Program-made: the position numbers and the translations under genes
Notes under the pieces: model-generated
Databases searched by the model: none
Seen by the model: the letters and a program-made list of their open reading frames with translations, nothing else
Told to the model about the DNA's origin: nothing
From: Ramazzottius varieornatus
Taxonomy: Eukaryota > Animalia > Tardigrada
Reading direction: 5' to 3'
Assembly (NCBI GenBank): GCA_001949185.1
Contig: BDGG01000004.1
Span: forward strand, 2,381,620 to 2,445,619
DNA length: 64,000 bases
Shown: piece by piece, positions 51,301 to 62,460 of the stretch
How the letters are laid out: each line of letters starts with the position of its first letter
How positions within the stretch are numbered: position 1 is the stretch's first letter

Positions 51301-53686
51301 TCTACCATCTGCAAAAAGCGTACATTACCATTAAAGCCGGTGTCTAATGTCTTTGCGAAAAACATTAAGGCGAAATAAGGGTTTTTTTATTTAAGGTGAA
51401 ATAAGGGTTTTTGTATTTACCCCTTGCTCCACTTCTAAAAACGAGACGAGATCCTCGGTGGTCATGTACTCTTTGTTTGAGTGCCTGTTGATCCGAACCA
51501 AGATTGATGAAAGGGACAAGACACGCACTGAACAAAAGAGACAGGTCTGCTCAGTCAAAACACCACAACACAGTAAAAGAATAATACCTTATTAACAGAT
51601 GGTATATTTCCGGTCTCGTTGTCACTTCCTTGTACAACTCCAGAAACAGCTCCTCGTCTACCTGCGTGATCGCGCGCGGACTCTCACCTCCACTTGACTT
51701 CCACAGTGATTCCTGCCGAAATTTACCTTTCAGTTCTTTGCTCTTCACCCATTTTAGTGCTATATACTTAATTTTTGAGTCGAATATTTAAGACGTTGGC
51801 GGATGAATTGAGCCGGACCATTATCTCAAGTGGCGCACGTCTCTATTGTCATTGGCCGGAAGTATATTGCACTTGGGACAGTAGTCTGGTTTAAAATCGT
51901 TTCCCACATTCCATTTCTATTTTACTTCGGTAAGTATTCAACCGTACCTTTAGCCGATGCCGGATTTTCTGACTGGAGAAGGTGGGACATAATTCGGAGA
52001 TCAGTTCGACAACTTGCTCGTCTGACAGATGGTGTTCTTTTGTTATGGTCGACATTGCAATCTTCCGGCGGAAACAACTTGTTAACCACCCGTTCCGCTC
52101 GTCAGGGTGCCCATGAAACATGGTTTCGATTACTAAAAGTAAACGACAGTCAGGGATAATGGCAAGGAAGCGGGATGATCCTCATCATTGAGGACACTTA
52201 CAATCAGCAGCTCCCATCAACGACATTAATCCCGTTACCCAAGCGTTGGTTTCGTCGGCGTCCTTGGCCATCAAATCGAGCGTTTCGCCCTGATCTCCAT
52301 AAACAATAGAGAAGCAACACTCCTCCAGACATTCCGAAGCATCCCGACCTCGAAAGACGTCAGTTTTCTTCCCGATCAATACCTCCTTCATCGAACTAAT
52401 TAGTACTTCAAATGAGAAAAATTGCATTAATATCGCGGTTCTCGGATCCAGAAAAGAAATCGATAGACTGCAGTACCTTTGGCTTGGTCAGGTTTTTTGG
52501 AAGTTGGTGTCCAGCGAACGGCAGACTTGTCGGGGTCAAGTGTAAAGGTTCGCCAGTACTGCCGGGAATTCGACCGTACTTTCACCATTCGACATCCGGC
52601 AATCATGTACGCAATACAGTCAGCAACTAGAAAGAGACGGTTTCGTTAGACTAAACTGTAAATTCGTACCCTAAATGAGAAGCCGAAAATACATGCGATG
52701 TCATTAACATTTCAGTACATCCTTTTGGTGGGTTTTCAATGTTTCGGGGCTACTCGCATTTCGAGCGGCGAACGCTATAGACCAGCCTCAGACTACCCTG
52801 GAAGGGACGAGGCAGGTTATGACAATCGCCCACTTATCCCTCTTGGATATTTCGCTCTTCGCAGCCACATATTGCCCACATCATCCAATCGATAAACTTG
52901 AAGAACTACCCCCAAGACCCGCACTTCGCCATGCAAATCGCCTTTGCAGTTCTTGAAAAGTAACTTGAGCGCGGCTTAGGCCTAATCGCTACGAATGGCA
53001 TCTCATTGCTACAGCAAACTCAAGATTTTTGATAGGTGCGAAAAAAGCCAATTATGGAAAGCCTGACAACCAGGAAGAACTTCCAGTTGTCGAACATATT
53101 GTCACGCTCAATTAGGTCCAAGCCGCTTAACTCGGATAATCTTGCGTCGGTGATCTTTGGATGAGCGTTCATTTGAGTCTATATTTCACGTTTCCTACTG
53201 AACCTGTTCTCATAGCTTTTTTGCTGCTGGAGGCATCTTATTAGAATTTCATTCATCTTTCCGAGTCGGTCTATGTCGTGCTTTTTGTATGGGTGTCAAA
53301 ATCCCAGCACTCACCGGTAATAATCTTGCGGCTGTTCGGGTTGCTGGTGAACGACACGGTTTTCTTGATGCGATTCCGTCGCTCGCTTGGGTCTCGGATA
53401 ATACTGCTTCGTCGTGCCATCACAGCCTTTGTTTCCTTCTCATCGGAGGGCGGCATCGATACGGAGCCTCCGTCAAGCTTGCTGCCAACTGTGCCGTTGC
53501 GATCGAGCGCTGCACCGTTAGAACCTACAAACCAAAGAAGCACCATTAAAGGAGTCCGAGCTGTACAAAAGATCACCAATAAAGATAAAGAACTTTCGAG
53601 TTCTCGTGATAAGAAAATATAGTTCAGATAAAAAATATGCTCATACCGGATATCTGTCGTGATACAGCTCTTGAAGAGGCCGCCAT
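48312..53686 (-). CDS. PLCL: Phospholipase C-like protein (PLCL/PRIP orthologue): PH, EF, X-Y, C2 and PRIP-type C-terminal helical region; 5' exon choice uncertain
   Basis: N-terminal RRSSIIRDP...KKTVSF (PRIP-type PP1-binding motif); PH domain; X box [19 protein letters not shown]...YHGHTLTSK; Y box [14 protein letters not shown]; C2 DPFVKI...FIGQYSI; post-C2 [21 protein letters not shown] resembling PLCL1/2. Likely first coding exon [13 protein letters not shown] at 53686. Confidence 0.88.
51366..51419. repeat. Short intronic tandem duplication (~26 bp) next to a PLCL donor site
   Basis: TTAAGGCGAAATAAGGGTTTTTTTAT / TTAAGGTGAAATAAGGGTTTTTGTATTTA. Confidence 0.75.
51811..51891. repeat. Dispersed hairpin family, copy D (PLCL intron)
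   Basis: AGCCGGACCATTATCTCAAGTGGCGCACGTCTC-TATTGTCATTGGCC-GGAAGTATATTGCACTTGGGACAGTAGTCTGGTT. Confidence 0.65.
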
Positions 53687-56128
53687 TGCCGATTTCGGTC
53701 GCTGGGAGTCCGGTGAATCTTCCTGTTTGGATTTCATTCACTGGTCTCTTTTACTTTTCTCGCCAACCACATGAAAGTATTTCTCCATGCTATGATCCCT
53801 TCTATAAACGGAATTCACATAACATGTTCCACACTTCGAACAGGAAAGACGCTAACTGCAAGAAGGACTGATAAATGCTGCCCGAGACCCATAAAGACCA
53901 TAATCCAAAGTGCACGCGAGATCGAATTCCAAGATATTGCATGAGTGATATTCCACAGTTCACACACAGCAGAAAAATATTGCCAGATCATCGACAGAAT
54001 TTACGATTTCCGGTGTCAGTTGACTATTGCAGACAGAGATCGATGCTTAGCTCTGATAATCTACTTAAAAATTCAATCGTTCAAAATTCGAGTAAATTCA
54101 TCGAATTCCTATGAATGTTAAACTGAAAATATTAATTACTGGTTTCGGCGCGAGAACCACAAAGCCATCCGTCAGGAACTCGAGATCACTTGACAAGTGA
54201 TTCGCAAGAGATAAGCTGGTGGAGCGCACGAACCACGGTGTTTCATGGCGAACACTGCGTGCTCGTTCTCGCTCAAAGTTATAAGAATGCAGGAAGCGTA
54301 AATCTCTGTCATATGCGTCAGCTTCTGCCAATGTTATGCAATCGTACTAGACACGATGGATTCTCTCGTACAATCGGATAATGGGCCACGATACTTTTTT
54401 ACAACAGCCGGGTTCGTCATTCCTGGTGTGCACAGCAGTCGATGACGGACAGACAAGAAGGCCAAGCGGGAGTTCCATCGAAATGACGGCGTCGGTGTAC
54501 GGGAAGCCCATCAACCATCAGGAATTAGACAGCGAACTGAAACACACAAGTTATGCAAGTACCCATCTCTCAAACTTTTCCTCACGGGCCTCTCGTGGGA
54601 TCACTCAAACCAGCACACACCATCCAACAAATTTTAGTCCCCGCCGAATTAATGATTACTGACTATGCTAACTGCACTGCATGGAAGCTGCTGCGTCGTA
54701 CTGTACTCTCTGGGTTCTCCAAACAACGGATGACGTAGAGTCGTAGACCCAGCTCCCGTACTTCACCCGCTCTTCGCAACACACACGACATCCAGCTCCG
54801 AAAATAAGCTCATTGTATAGAGGCAACTACAGCTAATTATAGCCTTCTTGCCGGAAACAGACTGTATCAAAACGATGTTTAGACACGGTGCAATTTTTTG
54901 CCCAGTCTTTTCGATCTTTTGGAGAGAGTCTCGCAAGTGCCCTGGTTCGATTACAGAAAAAGTCCTAAAAATTTTGTAACGACGAACCGTTGATCTGTCT
55001 GACGACGCTCATATTCAAAAATTTCTTGAATCTACAGGTTTTCTCCACCTGAACCGGCAGTGAGTTTTTCTTGCAAAATTTGGCGATGAGAAAAGACCCG
55101 TAAAAAATTTTCCAGGAGGACAGGGCGATTATTACTGGCTCCTTTGAGCATTGGTTCTCATCAGACAGCCCAGATGAGCTGTCGATCGTTCGATCATCTT
55201 GCTCAACTGGTTTCGATCGAGCCCTTCCGGTTCGGTACATCTAGTTTAATCAAAATGTTAAGACTATAAGAGCGCGGAGCGGCGAGTAGGGACCTCGAGC
55301 TCGCATGCCTAGAAATCACGTTGAGAAGACAAGAAAGAGACAAGGCGGATGTGGGTGGCAGTACAAAGCCGGTGAGGCGTAATTACAGCCAAGGCTACAA
55401 GCTCGATATTGGCAGCCAACAGCGACAAGCACACAAGCGAAAACGCTTGACAGGCGACTGAAATGGGCAATGAAAAAACTCTTCATCCAGGCAGTTGCCT
55501 AACTTCCTGTATAATGGGAGAAATCGATCAGGCTACTAAAAGTTGCAGACATCACTATAACTGTCTTGGACATATGCTCCGATACTCCTCTCCCACCCAG
55601 GCTCCTCAGTTTCGCTGTCGAGTGTATAGCACCGAAGCCCGAGCTTGGTTTCAATATTAGGACTTGCGACAAATTTTCATCTTTCCCTGTGATATGTGTT
55701 TTTGGTATTTTAGGTAGCTAAATTTCGAAAAAGCGGTGCCTGTCTGAAACTTCCTTATTCTGCGCGATCCGCCCGACGGTCGGTCTGTCCACGCGACTCA
55801 AATTTTCCGGTCGATTTTCTGGCCGTCAGTTTCGCGGTCTGTACGAGACACCCAAGGACTCAAAAACGTCTGAAGTTTGGGGATGACTGAGGAGGCATTT
55901 ATGGTAGTACCAAAATGGAACGAAGCGTGCTGTATTTTTTAGGAGGAAAAGGGGGAAAATATTAAAAAAAATGGGGCAAACTTATGCCAGGCAATATTGA
56001 TACCGAACTATCGGTAGTATATAAGAAGCACCGTACATGGAGTCTTGCAGGAAAAGCCAGCTAGGAAATAAAGGGCGGATATCTAGCAATCCAAAAGGAA
56101 ATTTTAGCCTGACCTGAGAAAAGAGGAG

Positions 56129-58300
56129 TCATTCCGCAGTGACGGCAGTTCCGTTGCCGAACAGTTGCTTGAAGCCGGGAAGAAGCTCGGGCGACTCAAC
56201 GCGCGCCTGCTTTGAGCGTTTCTCTTCTTGTGAAGGCGTGACGGTAGCGGAGGACAGTTTTCTCTTATTTCCGTCTCTTTCAGGAGCAGGAGGCGCGAAA
56301 GCTGACGGGTTGGGAAGACAGATTCCTTCCAGGACCTTGTAGTGCGTCCGAACATCTTCTCGAATATACCTAACAAGAAACAAATATCGATCATTACGTA
56401 CAGCTTGTCGACGTGTTAATTCCACGATGAACTGTACCAGCATCGTTTCTGCGCTTTCTCCAGCAACGGGGGTTCGATATAGTCCGCAATCTTCTTGATG
56501 ATGTTCATGACAGTGTTTTTCTTTATCAGTTTCTCACGAGGAGTATTGTTGATAACTTCAAGGACTGAGATGTCCACTGAAGAGAACTTAGCGGTTAATT
56601 CGGTGCTGCTTGTCACATCCAACAAGTCCAAGAACGCCGTGGCAATTTTCGCCACTGCTGCGGTGCTCCCATGGGTAAGTTGGATCAAGAGTGGCATCAC
56701 TGTAACAAAAGCACGTTACATGTTGGATTAGAGTGGCATCATTGTAGCAGAACCACGTTATTGAACACTGCTTTCAAAGGTACTCACTTCCTGGTAGGCT
56801 GGTAGACTACGGACTAGAAAGAGCACTTACGGCTTTCGGGTATCTTGTTGTTGCCGAAGCACTTCTCGGATATGGAATCGTTCTCATCATTCTTCTTGTC
56901 TTTCTTCTTGCTGAAATCTGCAAGTGGAATGATGGCCAATCTTTTCAAAATGTTCGGACACTGTTCTTCGTGGTTGCGCCAGAACGGTCCAACGATGCGC
57001 TTCCTCAGCCGTACAACTTTCCGCTGCTTCAGCCAGCTTTCCACGCTGGGTCTGATAGGCTTCAGCTCTTCATCCTCCTGCAAAGCAAAAAGCGAACTCG
57101 GCTTCAAAAAAGCAATTATTCGTAAACCACCCGTAAATATAGGCAGTCTGTCTGAGAGGACCTACCTCGATCATGTCCACCCCACGGCTTTGGTTCAGCT
57201 CGTTCTCGTCATCTTCTATAAAATCGTCCACCCCCTCTTCGTCTGCGTCCTCCTAGATGGAATATTCACAGATGAGAATGTTCGAAGTGCTCAGATATTT
57301 GAAATGTCGGGACATACCTCGCTTTCTTCTTCTTCGTTGTCAGCTTCGTCCACATTTTCAGCCGCTTGTTCCTCAGCCCACTCGTCGTCACTATCCACTT
57401 CGTAATCCAAAAGGTCCTACCCAAGATAAACAAACTAAATTGAGGTAGAAAGCTCCAAGAACCCCACTTCGTGAGACTCATAAGACGCAATGCTTTCAGC
57501 AATAGCCTCGTCACGGCACCACACAGAAGGCTGATTTGAACATCACGTACGGAATCGGGTTTGAAGGGATTGCGGGGGCGGATGGTTTTGCTCTTCTTCC
57601 GCATGGTTCCATAGTAGGGTGGACGATTATTCTCGGAGAATTGAATAAGCTTCACTTTCATAGGTTTCTGGGCTTTCTCCGGTGTCGCTTCAACTAGCTC
57701 AACCGTATTATTTCCGTCATCTTTGCGCACCGTGGCAGCAGACTTTTTCCCCTGCCGTTTCTTGAGTTCTGATAGGTACAACGACTCTTTATCAAAGCCA
57801 ATATCATCCTGCAAAGTTAGGCAGCATTAAAATAGTTCCTGACGGAATAAACGTTTGCAACATATACCTGATCTCGGTTCAGTAGTTTCTGTAGGCGCGA
57901 CGGCGAAGGAGGGCATACACGGAGTGTGGGAGCGAGGTAAACACCTGACTGAATTTCGTATGACGAGAATATTTCTGAGACAACGTTTGATCCTTCCTAC
58001 AGAATAGTCACGTTCGTGTAAGCAATGCCTTACGTTCTACAAAAGAGGCTGTATGGATGCTCACCAAGATACGAGTTTGAGGAGGCGCAATCTTCCGCAC
58101 GAACTGGGACATCAGCATTTGTCCCTTTGGAATCTCTCCCTTCTTCTGCAAGGTTAGAACGTGTTTTGAGCCAAGTCGAGACCACACACAAAATTGTCTT
58201 CCGATATGCTACTTACCTTCTTGTCTGCAGCTCCTTTCTTAGTGGGAGTTGGAGGCCTCTTCTCTGCTGTGCCCTTCTTGGTAGGAGTCGGAGGCGCCAT
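56129..58300 (-). CDS. CHAF1A: Chromatin assembly factor 1 large subunit (p150/Cac1), short form
   Basis: KVKLIQFSENNRPPYYGTMRKKSKTIRPRNPF, LDYEVDSDDEWAEE (ED domain), DDFIEDDENE, and a winged helix LIQLTHGS...KRCWYIREDV. Confidence 0.88.
56679..56760. repeat. ~42-bp tandem duplication spanning a CHAF1A intron/exon junction
   Basis: GTTGGATCAAGAGTGGCATCACTGTAACAAAAGCACGTTA followed by GTTGGATTAGAGTGGCATCATTGTAGCAGAACCACGTTA. Confidence 0.8.
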
Positions 58301-59178
58301 TTCCTAGGGTAGACCGGACGATTGCAAGGCTACTCCGTAGACTCCAAAGCTCGTCTGTCCAGCTGGTGGATGGCGAAAAGAGGATGGATCGGGCCAGCTA
58401 CCCTGCCAACGCTACTCCCCGTATCTGCTGTGGAATGGGCTACCAGGTAGATTGAAGCAAGATGCTGAAATAATTTTTGAAATGATCTCAGAGCTAGCAG
58501 AGTTGGGTGATCTTCTGCCTCTACGTTACGATAAATTTTAGACTGGTTCGAAAAAGAATCAAAGATTCCGCCCGATCGCGTTCACCAGGTGAACCAAAAA
58601 CCAGCGCAATGACGTACAGCTTTAGCACGCATTCCCCGACTGATTGTGTTGAGCGTGGTAAATCCAAGTACGGTTCAATGTTTTAATAGCGCGATTTGAT
58701 CATTTGATCAAAGCCCAGAGGTCAGCTGTCTGAATACACCAGTGTGGTCGGTGCCTATAGCGTTTACAGGTCCCGGAAGCGAACTCTGACGCCGAAAAGC
58801 CATCTTCAAACTTACCTAAAATTATGCTATAGTAATCACCTCGTAAAAGCGAACTAAAGTGGACTGAAGCTCCGGAAACTTCAGCATCGCAGAACTTTGT
58901 CGGCGTAAAGGTTCTCACCTGAAGAATACACGAGCAAAGCAAACGAAAGCTTCCCTTCGACAGAATGACCACATTTGGAGACCTCTATATTCGATGCAAA
59001 ATAATCGTGATTAGCCAGATTCAACAGTAGAAAAAGCTGGTAATGTGACTAAGAGAGAAGCAACGCTAAACAGTTATAAACGGCACAGTTCTACAGAAAC
59101 ATAGTAACGCTGACTTGTCCAGTAAGCGCGTGTACTTCCTCCACAATCCCACAAAGCATGAGAAAATTGATACTTTAA

Positions 59179-59372
59179 AGTGCCAATGAAGTGGGACAAG
59201 ATTGGTCCGGGTCCGCGTAAAGAATCCTCCCGGTACGCGCCGTTTTGGCTCTTATGTATCATGTCATAGCGATCAGCTGATCGATACACACGTTGACCAG
59301 ATATTTCACCCACCATCCGCGCGGTTTTTTTACACGCACCCGGATCCAAACCTGTCCCGCATCATTGGCACT
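59179..59372. mobile_element. Kolobok-like MITE (TTAA flanks, AG...CT termini) between CLK 3' end and CHAF1A 5' end
   Basis: TTAA|AGTGCCAATGAAGTGGGACAAGATTGGTCCGGGTCCGCGTAAAG ... TTTTACACGCACCCGGATCCAAACCTGTCCCGCATCATTGGCACT|TTAA, about 55-bp imperfect TIR; central palindrome CGATCAGCTGATCG. Confidence 0.75.
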
Positions 59373-59439
59373 TTAAAGTAACAACCAAGCGTAACTTGAA
59401 GTCCACAGTATTCATCGCAATTATCAACAAAAAGAACAA

Positions 59440-61450
59440 TCATCGACTTGCGCTGTGATTCACAGTAACCCTGCTCTTCCGTGCTGGACGTGCTTCACGA
59501 CTTTGGCTTTTCGCAACGACGATGCGATGCAGCTGTTCTTCCGGTTTCAGTCGATCAAAGTACGGGTGATCCAACGCTTCGGCCAAACTGATGCGCTTGT
59601 CCGGATCATACTCGAGCATCTTCCCGATCAGATCGAACAAGTCAGCAGCATCACTCTTGTCTCCATCTTCCCGCATGTATTTCTGTCATCAAACGAAACA
59701 CAGTCGTACTCCTAGTTAACCAGAAGTTCAGAGTAGATAAAGACAGACTTACCGCCAGGGGTTTGCAGTGCGATTGAACATACTGCGCTGCCGAACTCCG
59801 ACGGTCCCAGTCCAGCTTTCCGTGACGAAAGTAGGGCGTCTTGGACTTCCGAGCCATGCGGGAGGGGATGGGACCAAGTATCCTGCAATCACAGAATGCG
59901 TAATAAAAAGACGTCAGCAGCGAAAGTTCGCCGTACATCGTTACAGTATTTACTGAGACTGCAAACAGGTAAAAGAGGGCTTACCGTTCCATCATTGCCA
60001 AATGTTCCTTATTATCGTGTGTTTGAAACAGAGTCACTCCAGAGTAAAGCTCGAAGATAATGCAGCCAACACTCCATACATCACATGGCTGAGACCAACC
60101 TAACTCTGTAATGGAAACAAGCGAACGATGAAGATGTCATATCGGAATTTTCAAGCTGCAAAATCGGTGTAGAAAACCCATCACCAACAGGAACATCGAA
60201 GGGCGAGTACATACCTAGAATAACTTCGGGCGCACGATAGTGGCGCGTGGTAACGGTTGTGCTATGATGTTCATGGTCGAAGGTGGCACTCCCGAAATCG
60301 ATGAGACGAATATGGGCCTCCTTCATGACCTTCACCTGCGACACTGACTTGGACTTTGAAGACTTTGAGGATGTCGAGGTAGGAGCCGGCTTGAGATGAT
60401 GGTCGTTGTTGACAAAGAGCATATTTTCTGGCTTGAGGTCTGTATGTGTCAGGTGGTTATCGTGCAGATACTTGACAGAGTACACCAGCTGATAAGCAAT
60501 GTGTCGGACATGATCCATGGGGTATGGATAGTAGCCATTCTCCTTCAGAAAGTCATAGACACTCTTACCCAGCATGTCAAAGAGGATACATACATGCCCG
60601 TGGTAGTCGAAATGGTCGATCATTCGCACGCAGAGGAACGAACCGCTGGGATCTTTGCTGTTGAGCTGGTCCAACACGTTGATTTCCAGCTGAGCAGCAT
60701 GACGGTACTTTTCCACGTTCCGGATAATCTTCAAAGCTAGAGGAGGACTTCGAGGCTTCTTCAGATCTTGTACGCTGACCACTCTTCCGAATGTACCTTC
60801 TCCCAATGTCTTTATTATTTGAAACCTATGAATATTATAATTATATCGAACAGTTTAATCTTCTATACTCTTCAACCAGTTTAACTTGTACTATTCTCTA
60901 ACCTGCGCTTCATGATATCTTTAGGAGCGTATATCAAATGGCCATCCTTGTCAGCCTGAATTCGGTCCGGACTGAGATAACGTAAGCGTTCCGAGGGAGA
61001 AAAGGACCTAGATTTCTTTCGAGAGTCATCTCTGGCCCGTCGGTTACTGCTGCGGCTGCGCAGCTCCCTTTCTTGACTGCCCGATCGTCGATACCTCGTA
61101 CTACTCTTCTTTTTAGGCTCTTGTGCAGTGGACTGACACGGGCTCAGACGAGGCTTCTTGCCCGATCGATGGACCGACGGACTTCTGGAACGACTGGACG
61201 CTTCATGCTTGCGTTTCTTGGCAGCGTGTCTCCTCGGTGGTGGCATGGCTTTGTCAGATGTCGAGGTGACAACGGGTTGCGAGTCTGCGATGGCGGATGG
61301 CGAAACAGCTGGGAACAACGAAGTTATACCTGAAAAAGCAGAGGTGAGATTGCTCCACAGAACATCAAATATCATCCTTGGATGATATGCAGATGACGGC
61401 TCATCATGGTCATGCAAGTCAGCTTCCGTTGGTATGTTGCCGGATGTCAT
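59440..61450 (-). CDS. CLK: CLK/Doa LAMMER dual-specificity kinase with RS-rich N-terminus; true start uncertain (~61245 MPPP, 61450, or an upstream exon at 61952)
   Basis: [75 protein letters not shown], and an RS-rich region ([15 protein letters not shown]). Confidence 0.95.
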
Positions 61451-62460
61451 ATATCAGGAAGGGATGACAGTCGAGAAGCTCGCGACGATATGCAACACGG
61501 GAAAGACAAGGGGATGCTCCGCTGATGAACTAGGAACGACAACTCAAAGAACATGGATGATGACCGCCATTTGAATCATGCGTTGAAACTTGCAAATCCT
61601 GCTGTAATGTTTATGCCCTAGGGCCAGCCGTAAATCCCTTGCATATGCGGGGTGGGAAAGTCTAAAATACGGTTTTTCAAACATATACTGGGGGGCTGGC
61701 TCTAGGGAGTTTTTCATTTTCCCTTGGTATCGGGGGAGCACCCGTAAAATGGACTTTTAGTCGCAATATCGCAGTCGTAAGTTCGTCATAGCAGCTTCAG
61801 CTTGACTCCCTGTTTTCCATATGGTGAATTGATGATGTCCTTGGTCTGAATTCTTCGCTCTTACATTGGTCTTCCGTATACTCTTGTGCTATTCTTGATA
61901 CCATAGGTCGTGGATGACTGGTCGAGTTCTGTATTACAGGGGCGCGAAGCATGGATGTCGTCTGACCAGGAAGGACAAGCCACCTCAGATCCAAGAATCA
62001 GCTATATGGCCTAATATTACGTGGTATGTTCTGTTTCTGGAGTAACCCCGCGCTGTTTGCGATAACCTGCCTCGCGAATCGACGTTTTCCCCGTGCCTTT
62101 TCGGTTCAGCAGTTGCACTGAGCAGGTACCGTTTGTAAAGGACACTTACCTTGGGCGATACATGGCTTTGATCTTGGTGACGTCTGCACAGTTTTTTTGC
62201 CGTTATTGTACCATACAGACCGATCGATGAGAGCAGCAATTGAACGTACTCCCCGCATGTAAAGATCTGTAACTTTCCCAACATATGGGGAGAAATCGTT
62301 GCTGTGTACGGAAGATGGATTCCGCATGCACACCTTCGTGTGAAGTTGAATGCGTCATTGACAAGTAGTCTTCCTGATACTCACGGTCGTTTTATATATA
62401 TTCTAACTTTTGAGTGGAGTACATCGCGTCTTCCAGAGCAACCACCCCCAAAGACTGGAA

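Noticed and set aside
52966-53132. Weak inverted repeat GCGGCTTAGGCCTAAT / ATTAGGTCCAAGCCGC in a PLCL intron
   Set aside because: Only ~16 bp with mismatches and no clear TSD; may be a decayed MITE but cannot be supported.
55698-55867. Possible degenerate TIR pair GTTTTTGGTATTTTAGGT / ACCCAAGGACTCAAAAAC
   Set aside because: Low-complexity match that is too weak.
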